A DNA stretch of 63,162 nt, the filler included, from Octopus bimaculoides (Eukaryota), in NCBI RefSeq assembly GCF_001194135.2. It is 5 parts of 5 records of this genome, joined end to end, with 100 filler letters (N's around TTAATTAATTAA, not from the genome) between each part and the next. Parts side by side here need not be neighbours in the genome. Positions count along the whole stretch, not along the records: positions 1 to 24,098 come from NC_068984.1; 4 more parts are not named here. One strand, given 5' to 3'. The position numbers were made by a program, and so were the translations under genes. The notes beneath the pieces are model-generated. The model made no database searches. It saw nothing but the letters and a program-made list of their open reading frames with translations, and had not been told where the DNA came from. Of this stretch, positions 1 through 12,824 are shown piece after piece. Every line of letters begins with the position of its first letter. Positions within the stretch are counted from its first letter, which is position 1.

Positions 1-3000
1 AACGTACGTACATACGAACGGACGTAGGAATGAACGAACGAATGAACGTACGCACGAATGAACGTACCCACGAACGAATGATCAAACGAACAAACGTACG
101 TACGTGCGAACGAACGTACGAACGAGCGATCAAACGAAAGGACGAGCGATCGAACGAACGAACGTAGGAAAGTACGTTTGTACGAATGAAATACCGAACG
201 AACGTACGTACATATGTTCGTACAAACGGACGGACTAAAGAACGAACGTAATTACGAACGAAAGAACAAACGTACGTACGTAAGCACGAACGAACGATCG
301 AATGAACGAACGTATGCACGTAAGTACGTACACAGGTACGTACGTACAAACAAACGAACGTATATATGTAAGTACGTATGTACGAACGAACGAACGAACT
401 AACGAATGAACTTACGTACGTACATATGTACGTACGAACGAACGAAATACATATGTACGTACGAATGAACGAAGGTCTGTAATTGCGTATGTACGATCGA
501 ATGAACGAACGAACGAGCGATCGAACGAAAGAATGAACGTACGTACGTACGTACGTACGTACGTACAAACGAACGAACGAATATACGTACGTATATAAGT
601 ACGTATGTACGATCGAATGAACGAACGAANNNNNNNNNNNNNNNNNNNNNNNNNNNNNNNNNNNNNNNNNNNNNNNNNNNNNNNNNNNNNNNNNNNNNNN
701 NNNNNNNNNNNNNNNNNNNNNNNNNNNNNNNNNNNNNNNNNNNNNNNNNNNNNNNNNNNNNNNNNNNNNNNNNNNNNNNNNNNNNNNNNNNNNNNNNNNN
801 NNNNNNNNNNNNNNNNNNNNNNNNNNNNNNNNNNNNNNNNNNNNNNNNNNNNNNNNNNNNNNNNNNNNNNNNNNNNNNNNNNNNNNNNNNNNNNNNNNNN
901 NNNNNNNNNNNNNNNNNNNNNNNNNNNNNNNNNNNNNNNNNNNNNNNNNNNNNNNNNNNNNNNNNNNNNNNNNNNNNNNNNNNNNNNNNNNNNNNNNNNN
1001 NNNNNNNNNNNNNNNNNNNNNNNNNNNNNNNNNNNNNNNNNNNNNNNNNNNNNNNNNNNNNNNNNNNNNNNNNNNNNNNNNNNNNNNNNNNNNNNNNNNN
1101 NNNNNNNNNNNNNNNNNNNNNNNNNNNNNNNNNNNNNNNNNNNNNNNNNNNNNNNNNNNNNNNNNNNNNNNNNNNNNNNNNNNNNNNNNNNNNNNNNNNN
1201 NNNNNNNNNNNNNNNNNNNNNNNNNNNNNNNNNNNNNNNNNNNNNNNNNNNNNNNNNNNNNNNNNNNNNNNNNNNNNNNNNNNNNNNNNNNNNNNNNNNN
1301 NNNNNNNNNNNNNNNNNNNNNNNNNNNNNNNNNNNNNNNNNNNNNNNNNNNNNNNNNNNNNNNNNNNNNNNNNNNNNNNNNNNNNNNNNNNNNNNNNNNN
1401 NNNNNNNNNNNNNNNNNNNNNNNNNNNNNNNNNNNNNNNNNNNNNNNNNNNNNNNNNNNNNNNNNNNNNNNNNNNNNNNNNNNNNNNNNNNNNNNNNNNN
1501 NNNNNNAACGTAGGAAAGTACGTTCGTACGAATGAAATACCGAACGAACGAAAGAACAAACGTACGTACGTAAGCACGAACGAACGATCGAATGAACGAA
1601 CGTAGGAACGTGCGTACGTTCCTACGAAAGTACGAACGAACGTACGTACGTACGAATACACAAAAGAACAAACAAATGATCGAACGAACGTACGTACGTA
1701 CAGAGGTACGTACGTACAAACAAACGAACGTATATACGTAAGTACGTATGTACGACAGAATGAATGAACGAAAGAACGAACGTATGTACATACAAAAGTA
1801 CGACTGACCTAAGGAACGATCGAACGAACGTACGTACAATGAACGAAAGTACGTACGTACGTACTTTCGAACGAACGAAGGAAATAACGAACGTACGTAG
1901 ATAAGTAAGTATCTACGAATGAACGAACGAAAGAACGTACGCACGTATGTACGTACGTAAGTACGTACGAACGAACGATCGAACGAGCGTATGTACGTAC
2001 GAACGAACGAAAGAACGAACGTACGTACGTATGAACGAACGAACGAACGAACGTACTTACGGACGGACGAACGAATGAACGTACGCACGAGCGAATGATC
2101 GAACGTACAAACATACGTTCGTACGAACGAACGAACGAACGAACTTTCGTACGTACGAACGAACGTACGTACGTACTTACGTATGTACGAACGATCGAAC
2201 GAACGTACGAACGAAAAAAAGAACGATCGAATGAACGAACAAAAGAACGAACGTACGTACGAACAAACGAACGAATGAACGATTGAACGTAATTACGTAC
2301 AAAAGAACGAACGTCCGCACGTACGAACAAACGAACGTACGTACTTATCAACGAACGAACGTAAGTACGTACGTACTTACGAACGAACAGACGAATAAAC
2401 GAACGAATGAACGCACGCACGAACGAATAATCGAACGTACAAATATACGTTCGTACGAACGAACTTTTGTACGTACGAACGAACGACTGAACGAACGTAC
2501 GTACGTACGTACTTACGTATGTACGTACAAACGAACGATCGAACGAACGAAAAAAGGAACGATCGAATGACCGAATAAAAGAACGAACGTACGTCTGTAC
2601 GAACGAACAAACGAAAGAATGAACGATTGAACGAAAGAACAAACGAACGAACTTACGTACAAACGAACGTCCGTACGTACGAACGAACGAACGAACGAAC
2701 GATTGAACGAAAGAACGTACGTACATACGAACGGACGTAGGAATGAACGTACGCACGAACGAATGATCGAACGAACAAACGTACGTACGTGCTAACGTAC
2801 GAACGAACTAACGAATGAACTTACGTACGTACGAACGAAAGAAATATCGTAGGTACGTAATTACGTATATACGATCGAAAGAACGAAAGAACAAACGTAC
2901 GTACGAACGAAAGAACGAACGTACGTACGAACGAAGGAACGTACGTACGTACCTACGAAACTACGAACGAACGTACGTACTAATACACAAAAGATCGAAC

Positions 3001-6000
3001 AAACGAACGAACGCACGTAAGTACTTTTGTACGAACGAATGAACGAAAGAAACAACGAACGTATGTACATACGTACGTACGAATGACCGAAAGAACGAAA
3101 GTACGTACGATGAACGAACGAACGAAAGTACGAACGTACGCACGTACTTTCGAAAGAACGAACGAAATAACGAACGTACGTACATTAGTACGTATGTACG
3201 AATGAACGAACGAATCACAGAACGTACGCACGTATGTACGTACGTAAGTATGTACGTACAAACGAACGAACTAACGTACGAACGAACGAAAGATCGAACG
3301 AGCGTATATACGTACGAACGATCAAAAGAACGAACGTACGTATGAACGAACGAAAGAACGAACGTACGTATGTACGTACGAATGAACGATCGAACGAACG
3401 TACGAACGACAAAAAAGAACGATCGAATGAACGAACAAAAGAACGAAAGAACAAACGAACGAACTTACGTACAAACGAACGTCCGTACGTACGAACGAAC
3501 GATTCAACGAAAGAACGTACTACATACGAACGGGCGTAGGAACGAATGAACGTACGCACGAACGAATGATCGAACGAACAAACGTACTTACGTGCGAACG
3601 ATCGTACGAACGAACTCCCGAATGAACTTACGTACGTACATATGTACGTACGAACGAACGAAATATCGTACGTACGAACGGACAACTGAACGAACGAATG
3701 AACGTACGCACGAGCGATCAAACGAAAGAACTAGCGATCGAACATACGTACGTACGAACGACCGAACGGACGGACGGACGAAAGAACGAACGTACGTACG
3801 TACGAACGAAAGAACAAACGTACGTACGAATACACAAAAATCCAACAAACGATCGAACGAACGTACGTACACACATACGTACGTACAAAGGAACGAATGT
3901 ATATACGCACGTACGTAAGTACGTATGTACGAACGAATGAACGAACAAAAGAACGAACGTATGTACATACGTACGTACGAATAACCGAACGAACGATCNN
4001 NNNNNNNNNNNNNNNNNNNNNNNNNNNNNNNNNNNNNNNNNNNNNNNNNNNNNNNNNNNNNNNNNNNNNNNNNNNNNNNNNNNNNNNNNNNNNNNNNNNN
4101 NNNNNNNNNNNNNNNNNNNNNNNNNNNNNNNNNNNNNNNNNNNNNNNNNNNNNNNNNNNNNNNNNNNNNNNNNNNNNNNNNNNNNNNNNNNNNNNGTACG
4201 TAAGTACGTACGTAAGTATGTACGTAAGTACGTACGTAAGTATGTACGTAAGTACGAACGAACTAACGTACGAACGAACGATCGAACGAAGGTATGTACG
4301 TACGAACGAACGAAAGAACGAACAAAAGAACGAACGTACTTACGAACGGACGAACGAATGAACGTACGCACGAGCGAATGATCGAACGTACAAACATACG
4401 TTCGTACGAACGAACGAACGAACGAACTTTCGTACGTACGAACGATCGAATGAACGAACAAAAGAACGAACGTACGTACGAACGAACGAATGAACGAAAG
4501 AACAAACGAACGTACTCACGAACGAACGTACGTACGAACGAACGAACGTACGTACGAACGAACGAACGTACTTACGTCCGTACTTATGAACGAACGGACG
4601 AATGAACGTACGCACGAGCGAATTATCGAACGTACAAACATACGTTCGTTCGAACGAACGATCTTTCGCACGAACGTACGATCGAACGAACGTACGAACG
4701 AAAAAAGGAACGATCGAATGAAAGAATAAGAGAACGAACGAACGTACGAACGAACGAACAAACGAACGAACTTACGTACAAACGAACGTCCGTACGTACG
4801 AACGAACGAATGATTGAACGAAAGAACGTACGTACATATGAACGAACGTTGGAATGAACGAACGTTGGAATGAACGAACGAATGAACTTACGTACGTACA
4901 TATGTACGAACGAACGAAATATCGTACGTACGTAATTATCGAAAAAACGAACGAACGAACGAGCGATCAAACGAAAGAACGAGCGATCGAACAAGCGAAC
5001 GTAGGAAAGTACGTTCGTACGAATGAAATGACAAACGTACGTACGTAAGCACGAAAGAACGATCGAACGAACGAATGTAGGAACGTACGTACGTACCTAC
5101 GAAAGTACGAACGAACGTACGTACGAATACACAAACGATCGAACGAACGCACGTACGTACAAACGAACGAATGTATATACGTACGTACGTAAGTGCGTAT
5201 GTACGAACGAAAGAACGAACGTATGTACATACGTACGTATGTACATACGTACGTATGAATGACCGAACGAACCACCGAACGTACGTTCGTACGTACGATA
5301 AACGAACGAACGAAAGAACGAACGTATGTACGTACGTACTTACGAACGAACGAAGGAAATAACGAACGTACGTACATAAGTACGTATGTACGAACGAACG
5401 AACGAACGTACGCAGGTATGTACGTACGTAAGTATGTACGTACGAACGAACGATCGAACGAGTGTATGTACGTACGAACGAACTAATGAATGAACTTATG
5501 TACGTACGTATGTACGTACGAACAAACGAAATATCGTACGTACGTAATTACGTATGTACGATCGAATAAACGAACGAAAGAACGAGCGATCAAACGAAAG
5601 GACGAGCGATCGAACGAACGAACGTAGGAAAGTACGTTTGTACGAATGAAATACCGAACGAACGTACGTACATATGTACGTACGAACGACCGAACAAACG
5701 GACGGACTAAAGAACGAACGTAATTACGAACGAAAGAACAAACGTACGTACGTAAGCACGAACGAACGATCGAATGAACGAACGTACGCACGTAAGTAAG
5801 TACACAGGTACGTACGTACAAACAAACGAACGTATATATATAAGTACGTATGTACGAACGAACGAACGAACGAACGAACTAACGAATGAACTTACGTACG
5901 TACATATGTACGTACGAACGATCGAAATACATATGTATGTACGAATGAACGAAGGTCTGTAATTGCGTATGTACGATCGAATGAACGAACGAACGAGCGA

Positions 6001-6108
6001 TCGAACGAAAGAATGAACGTACGTACGTACAAACGAACGAACGAATATACGTACGTACATAAGTACGTATGTACGATCGAATGAACGAACGAAAGAACGA
6101 ACGTATGT
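1..6108. repeat. Complex tetranucleotide-based satellite (AACG/TACG/ATCG/AATG units) with higher-order blocks, interrupted by two N gaps
   Basis: Continuous shuffled 4-mers. A ~500-bp block at 121-628 recurs near-identically at 5581-6108. Landmarks such as gaaatatcgta and ggacgtaggaa recur at ~0.6-0.8 kb spacing. Confidence 0.95.
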
Positions 6109-6208
6109 NNNNNNNNNNNNNNNNNNNNNNNNNNNNNNNNNNNNNNNNNNNNNNNNNNNNNNNNNNNNNNNNNNNNNNNNNNNNNNNNNNNNNNNNNNNN
6201 NNNNNNNN

Positions 6209-6965
6209 GCGGTCGTGCTGGAGCACCACCATGACTTTCCCTCCTTATGCTGTGTTCTCTGCACGTTCCTTGCATGGCTCTTCTCCGCCATCTGATGTAG
6301 TCCAATCAAGACTTTCGATGGCACATCTGGTGTATAAGAGAATTTGACATCGCTGCTCTCAGCCGTGTCTCATTTCGAACCATCGGTTCGTCTGGTATCG
6401 TGGATAGGAAAGTGTCGAGTTTTGTTCTAAAGACCTCTACATCCATGTCTAACAGGTCTCTTAATTGTTTTGGCAGGACATTAAAGAGCTGAGGTCCTCT
6501 GAAACCGAGGCTGTTGCAATACCTTGTTCTTATGTGAGAAGCAGTGGACGGTACCCTTGGTACTATGCAGTGGCGACCTGTGCGGGCATTCGTGTGGTAT
6601 TGGATGCCAAAATTTGGTACCAGTCTTTCTAGTATTTTCCATATGTAAATTATTACATATCTTTCCCGACTGCGCTCCAGGGAGTAGAGACTTAGTTCCT
6701 TGAGTCGCTCCCTGTAGTTCATCTGTTGGACTGTGGCGATCTTTTTTGTATAGTGCCGCTGAATTGCCTCGAGTTCTGCTGTCCGCTTGACACTGTGTGG
6801 TGACCACAACTGAGAGCAATTGTCTAGGCAGCTCAGAACAAATGTCTTCCATAGAGTTAACATGACTTTTTGATCCCTTGTTCTGAATGTCCTCAGTATC
6901 CACCCTGCCACTTGTCTGCACTTTGCTGTCAACTTGACAACGTGCATGTGAAATGATGCATCACT
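6209..6965 (-). mobile_element. 5'-truncated CR1/L2-group LINE: C-terminal part of ORF2 (post-RT region) plus start of 3' UTR
   Basis: ORF 6306-6971 reads GWILRTF..WSPH..ELEAIQRHYTKKI..NYRERLKELSLYSLERSRERY..IWKIL, typical of the CR1/L2/Crack ORF2 C-terminus. Confidence 0.9.
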
Positions 6966-6996
6966 GCACATGCTGATGCCCAGGTCTCTCGGATCT

Positions 6997-7050
<54 letters not shown>

Positions 7051-7111
7051 CCTATGTATGAGCTGAAAGTTTTACCTCATTTTGAATCTGTTTTTCGTTG
7101 TTGTTTTGTAG

Positions 7112-7149
7112 GAAGCGGATCGAATTGGAAGGCAACCCAGACACTAGAG
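7112..7149 (+). CDS. Internal coding exon (phase 2->1), peptide xKRIELEGNPDTR-G, of the M12B-like gene
   Basis: Acceptor ttgttttgtag| and donor GAG|gtagga. Phase joins exon 8315 to give ..DTRGITYMSGVC, in the position of the reprolysin T-G-x-A-Y-x-G-x-x-C motif. Confidence 0.7.
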
Positions 7150-7435
7150 GTAGGATACCTTGGCTGGATTTATTTTGTAGTTGCTGTTGTTGTTGTTGTT
7201 GTTGCTGATAATGTTATTTATATTGTTATTGTTTTTGTTAACATTGCATTCCACAGCTTTCTATAGTTCCACAAAACCATTCCAACACCAAATAATTCCA
7301 CATTGATAATTCCCTCAAATTGTTCCACAAGGCGTCAAGATGGCAAGAGCATTGGTGCGTCGATCAAAAGTAGTTTTATATTGATTCCGCACCAACAGTT
7401 CCTCATCATTCATTCCTCGTTATTACTTTCACATT

Positions 7436-7655
7436 AAGGCGGCGATCTGGTAGAATCGTTAGCACGCTGGACGAAATGCTTAGCGGTATTTCGCCAGTCG
7501 CTCCGTCCTGAGTTCAAATTCCGCCGAGGTCGACTGTGCTGTTCACCTTTTGGGATCGATAAAATAGGTACCAGTTGAACACTGGGTCAATGAAATCGAC
7601 TCATTTCCTCCCCCCAAAATTGTTGTCCTTGTGGCAAAATTTGAAACCATTGTTA
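7436..7655 (+). mobile_element. tRNA-derived SINE family A (tail type 1)
   Basis: Head aaggcggcgatctggtagaatcgttagc, B-box gagttcaaattcc; matches 10+ other copies in the window. Confidence 0.9.
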
Positions 7656-7693
7656 ATTTCACACAAGTAGAGCCATTTGTCTCTGTAATACTT

Positions 7694-7942
7694 GTGAAGG
7701 TGGCGACCGAGTTGTTAGGGTGTTGCGTTCAGAATCTTAAGATCGTGGTTTCAATTCCCGGCTCGGGCGGTGTGTCGTGTTCTTGAACAGAACACTTTCT
7801 TTCACGTTGCTCCAGTAAAATGAGTGACCCTACTATGGACTGGTATCCAGTTCAGGGGAAATCTTCTGACCTCGGTCATTTATATGCTACAGAAATCGGG
7901 AAACCTCGGACTCGGGACAGTAATGACCATGGGTTGATGATA
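7694..7942 (+). mobile_element. tRNA-derived SINE family E (diverged)
   Basis: A/B-box head followed by gtgttcttgaacagaacactttctttcacgttgctccagt, shared with copies at 11615, 21340, 45150 and 45772. Confidence 0.8.
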
Positions 7943-7966
7943 ACGTACCTAATATATCAATATGAC

Positions 7967-8250
7967 CAGTGGTTCTCAACCGAGGTCCAAATAAGCCTTG
8001 TGTATGTGTGTGGGGGGATCCATATAAAATTTTGTTGCTAAAATTTATTTTAGGACACATAATTCTTTAACCCGTTCATATCTCCAATAAACTGGTTTTA
8101 CTTATACAGCAAACAAAATATTTTAACAATTTTTTTATACAATTCCTAATTATGTTTAATTGTAAATATGTAATATATCTTAACCATCGAATGGCTATGA
8201 GGGCCCATCCCAGTGGAATAAGAATTTTAAAAAATGGTTGAGAACCGCTG
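7967..8250. mobile_element. Non-autonomous hAT (Charlie-like) MITE, 284 bp
   Basis: 15-bp TIRs cagtggttctcaacc / ggttgagaaccgctg (1 mismatch). Right flank atctagac fits the NTCTAGAN hAT-Charlie target; left flank is degraded. Confidence 0.85.
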
Positions 8251-8314
8251 ATCTAGACTGTAATACACTACCTTATCGAGTGCTAATGTTTTCTCATTTT
8301 TCCACCCGGTTTAG

Positions 8315-8423
8315 GTATAACGTACATGAGTGGTGTATGCAGTGGTAAATATTCAGCATCTGTTGTGAACAGTGGATCTGAAAACCTTGGTATTATCACC
8401 TCAACTCGCCTCCTGGGGCACAG
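8315..8423 (+). CDS. Coding exon (phase 1->2) of a reprolysin/M12B (ADAM/ADAMTS-like) domain: G-ITYMSGVCSGKYSASVVNSGSENLGIITSTRLLGH-S
   Basis: Pyrimidine-rich acceptor ttttctcatttttccacccggtttag| and donor CACAG|gtaatc; 109 nt open. GxxYxxGVC...SxSVV and LGHS match reprolysin motifs leading into the zinc helix. Confidence 0.85.
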
Positions 8424-8752
8424 GTAATCCTTTAATCCGTTCTTTTTTATACGTTGTAATAATCTATAATTTATTCTACCACACCAGACACACCCAGCGT
8501 AAATCTTTTTTTTTTTATGAGAAACAGTTAGTCAAGATATTCGACTGTATATCGAGTATTATAACGGAAGGATTTTTGTGTCTATGAACACTTAAACATC
8601 TGAATATTATCATATTATTTCAACAAGTTTGGCCACATCTGTCAACAGACTAACCGCATTTATATGTGCCAGAAACGATTCTTTAGATTCTTCGTAATTT
8701 TCGAGCCAACTAAAGATATCTTAAGTTTCATCTTGTGTTGTATCTTTTGCAG

Positions 8753-8872
8753 CTTAAGTGCAGGTTACGTGGATATACCCGGTTGTACAACGAAGGATGA
8801 TGGATTTACAGGAGAAACATTTGGTCTGTGTTCTATAAACTCCATAAAAAACAAAATCGAGAAACTATCGAG
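8753..8872 (+). CDS. Coding exon (phase 2->2) of the M12B-like gene: LSAGYVDIPGCTTKDDGFTGETFGLCSINSIKNKIEKLS
   Basis: Acceptor tatcttttgcag| and donor TCGAG|gtaaga; 120 nt open. FGLCSINSI matches the reprolysin FSxCSxxxI C-terminal helix; in phase with exon 8315. Confidence 0.8.
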
Positions 8873-8977
8873 GTAAGAAACATTATACAATACACAATCT
8901 CCGTGGTCATTGTTATTTTCTAATCGATTTTCTTTCATTGATTTATTGAACAATTTCAAGTTTCATTACGTCCCAGT

Positions 8978-9144
8978 CAGTCATGACTTCAATTAGTCAT
9001 GACTTCAATCAGTCATGACTTCAATCAGTCAGGACTTCAATCAGTCATGACTTCAATCAGTCAGGACTTCAATCAATCATGACTTCAATCAGTCATGACT
9101 TCAATCAGTCATGACTTCAATCAGTCTTGACTTCAATCAGTCAG
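8978..9144. repeat. 16-bp minisatellite (cagtcatgacttcaat) x ~10
   Basis: Direct reading of units at a 16-bp period; most contain the palindrome AGTCATGACT. Confidence 0.95.
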
Positions 9145-9439
9145 TGTTTTTCTTCATTCCCAATTGTGAATATTTCAATTTATTTACGTCTTTAACGAAC
9201 TTCAGAAAAGAGCAATAAACGTCATATTTTAATTAACTTTTCTTGTACTTTACTATTATAACATCAAATAGTGTGAATCTTCTCTCCATCCATCCATCCA
9301 TCCATCCATCCATCCATTCATCCATCCATCCATTCATCCATATACCTTATTATGACAAACAGATATATGTATATGTATGTATGTGTGTGTGTGTGTATTA
9401 GAGTTATGACATTTCCATAACCTAATAACCCTATACTGT

Positions 9440-11610
9440 AATTCGATAAATAATTTTATAAAAGTCAGGAAACTAAGATTTGTTTTGCTTTATTTGAAAA
9501 CAATATCACCCCCAACTTAAGAAATTGATCACCACTTTTGACCCAAATCATGCAAAATTCTAGTGGAGTTCATAACGCCTGCTCAGGCTTTTGCCAAACT
9601 TGGTGTGCTGACTCAATGCAGTGCATAAATGGTATATCTGAAATTGCAGCTTTCTAGTTGAAGTAGTTTCGGAGTTATGGACTTTTAAAGCTATAATCAC
9701 TAGATTCATACTTCAGTATTGTCGCTGCCTAAATCCTTGTAAACACAACAGAGATGCAGAATAAAAGTACATTTTTAAGACTACTGAATTGAAATTGTTC
9801 TATGCAAAGGTTCAAAACTAAGCTATTTTAAGACAGAGGCCACTACAAGCATTCGATAACATACAAAATTTAAAATAATACATATTTTTAACTTTATAAG
9901 TTTAATTCCAATTTTAAATAACTGTATAAAAAAAGGGTGCTGAATGTTAGCAAATTTTAAACATAAAAATTAATGTTTTGTTAGATAAAATAAATCGAAG
10001 CTAAAATTTCTCCTTATTTTTACAAACATCATAAAGATCTTGAAGGCACTTGATTACCCGTTCTGTACTCTGATTTGTTCTGGGAATTTCAGGTTTTGAT
10101 GGTTCTCGACTCCAAAGTTTTTTACAGAGTTCAATGCTTTTTTTATGAACTTGCAGACTACCACATAACTTCTGATAAACATGTGCATTGAACATTTGGT
10201 CAGTAAACGAAAAATCTGCCCAGCTGTAAGAGATGAATTGACAAACATTGAGAAGCAACACTCTTTTCTTTGGTAGAAGAATAAATGCCAAAGAGCTAGT
10301 ATTGCTCGAGAATTCCTTCTTGCATTACTTAAGTTGGGTATTTTTTGAAACTTTACAGTAGGAAATTTGCCGGTTTCTTCAAAGAAACGAAAAACTCTGG
10401 TCAAATGAAATAGAAATTTTATGTCATTTTGCCATCCTGCTAATTCAGTAATCTTTTCTTCACCATTGTTGAAATAATCTGGAGTTTCTCGTAATTACTT
10501 AGAAGCTCTGGGGTGAATGTATCATCAATATTGGGAAATGGCTTTTTCTCTCGAAGTTCGTTATCCATTACAACACAAAGAACTCTGTCAAGGATATGAT
10601 GCTGACAACCAACAAATTGCGGTTCTTTCAAACCCTTTTGAGCAAACCGTCTTTGCAACTGAATGACAGTGACATTTCTTTTCCCAGTGTTCACACTCGT
10701 TGTCTCAGCGACAATCATCTTTACACTGTTCCATAAATTGTATTAATCTAAAACAGTTGTTGTTCTTTTCACAATAGTACCAGCTTTTCCGTTTGGTAAT
10801 TGTGCTTCTAACTTAACTTCTCTGTTCATTCCTTAAAACTAGCACTTGGTGTTCTTGGTCATCAATACATTTACCATCAAATTGCAATGACCAGTTTTCT
10901 AAACGTAGTGTTTTCTGCATTTTCTTTTTTTAGTCTAACAGCTTCTTTGATAGTCGATCTGTAAATACCAGATCCCTGTATCAGAGTTGACTCCGATAAA
11001 GGGATTAACTTGACAAGGAGTAACATAGCGATACGGATCTATTACCAGAAACAGGATTGATAACATTACGACACTCACCCAAAACCTCAGACTTCCTCTT
11101 TCTCCACGACTCACGAACTTATCTCAATTTACGACATTTATTAAAAGTATTTTGTTTGTTGCCTTTTTCTGTCGACACAGATTGGTTTTTCACGGAATCT
11201 CTTCCTTATTCTTACCCCCCCCCCCCATTCACTGTTATGGTTATGGTACTGATGTGTTATCTGTGATTGAGATAATTGTTTAATAAGACGGCCTAAATTC
11301 TTCAAAATCTAAAACGATTATGATACAAAATCCTTGTTTACGTCAAACTTCAAATCGAAGAGATCTAAAGTCCAGATATTGATTTATCCAAGGTCAAAAC
11401 GTACGAGATATACATGAAAAGTTAGCACAAGCTCATATATTTTAAAATATTCATACGTAAATATAACTTTGAGGCCTAAGATACCAACAATATTATGGTT
11501 AGGTCCAAGTACTTTGCATAACGCTACAAAGCTATTAAAAATGTCTGTACTATTTCCAGTGCTAGGTGTCATAGAACCAGTTAGCGGTTTCCGAGACGTA
11601 TAAGTAACCA
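9440..11610 (-). mobile_element. Degraded cut-and-paste DNA transposon with DDE/CxxH transposase relic (divergent hAT-like lineage; boundaries approximate)
   Basis: Minus-strand fragments across frameshifts at ~10001-11000: WSLQFDGK..., IVAETTSVNTG (D2 position), GCQHH (CxxH), LSNARxNSRAILAL, PRTNQSTERVIK (E position). TIRs not resolved. Confidence 0.7.
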
Positions 11611-11614
11611 AAAT

Positions 11615-11850
11615 GACGACACTCCCCCGCTCCCCTGAACAAGACTCTAGTTCGTTGCTGAGTTACTGACTTACTACTGAGTGGACAGGAACAGCGTGAA
11701 AAGAAGTATCTTGCTCAAGAACTTAACGCGCCATCCGGTCCAGGAATCAAAAGCACGATCTTGGAATCGTGAGTGTTACACTTGGAATCGTGAGTGTAAC
11801 ACTTGGAATCGTGAGTGTAACACTCTAAACATTAGGCAACCGCGCCTTTA
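11615..11850 (-). mobile_element. SINE family E copy with internal 21-bp triplication
   Basis: cttgctcaagaacttaacgcg..ccggtccaggaatc; cttggaatcgtgagtgt(t/a)aca x3 at 11760-11822. Confidence 0.8.
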
Positions 11851-12824
11851 CTCAAGGCTCATGACACGACGCTTATTATAAGAATATCAATCAGCATGAT
11901 TGACATACATGCGTGAAACTGAAAGAAGCCCGTCGTATATANNNNNNNNNNNNNNNNNNNNNNNNNNNNNNNNNNNNNNNNNNNNNNNNNNNNNNNNNNN
12001 NNNNNNNNNNNNNNNNNNNNNNNNNNNNNNNNNNNNNNNNNNNNNNNNNNNNNNNNNNNNNNNNNNNNNNNNNNNNNNNNNNNNNNNNNNNNNNNNNNNN
12101 NNNNNNNNNNNNNNNNNNNNNNNNNNNNNNNNNNNNNNNNNNNNNNNNNNNNNNNNNNNNNNNNNNNNNNNNNNNNNNNNNNNNNNNNNNNNNNNNNNNN
12201 NNNNNNNNNNNNNNNNNNNNNNNNNNNNNNNNNNNNNNNNNNNNNNNNNNNNNNNNNNNNNNNNNNNNNNNNNNNNNNNNNNNNNNNNNNNNNNNNNNNN
12301 NNNNNNNNNNNNNNNNNNNNNNNNNNNNNNNNNNNNNNNNNNNNNNNNNNNNNNNNNNNNNNNNNNNNNNNNNNNNNNNNNNNNNNNNNNNNNNNNNNNN
12401 NNNNNNNNNNNNNNNNNNNNNNNNNNNNNNNNNNNNNNNNNNNNNNNNNNNNNNNNNNNNNNNNNNNNNNNNNNNNNNNNNNNNNNNNNNNNNNNNNNNN
12501 NNNNNNNNNNNNNNNNNNNNNNNNNNNNNNNNNNNNNNNNNNNNNNNNNNNNNNNNNNNNNNNNNNNNNNNNNNNNNNNNNNNNNNNNNNNNNNNNNNNN
12601 NNNNNNNNNNNNNNNNNNNNNNNNNNNNNNNNNNNNNNNNNNNNNNNNNNNNNNNNNNNNNNNNNNNNNNNNNNNNNNNNNNNNNNNNNNNNNNNNNNNN
12701 NNNNNNNNNNNNNNNNNNNNNNNNNNNNNNNNNNNNNNNNNNNNNNNNNNNNNNNNNNNNNNNNNNNNNNNNNNNNNNNNNNNNNNNNNNNNNNNNNNNN
12801 NNNNNNNNNNNNNNNNNNNNNNNN

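Noticed and set aside
214-6107. Dozens of long ORFs (RSFVRTY.../RTNERT...)
   Set aside because: Translations of the 4-mer satellite, many spanning N gaps; not genes.
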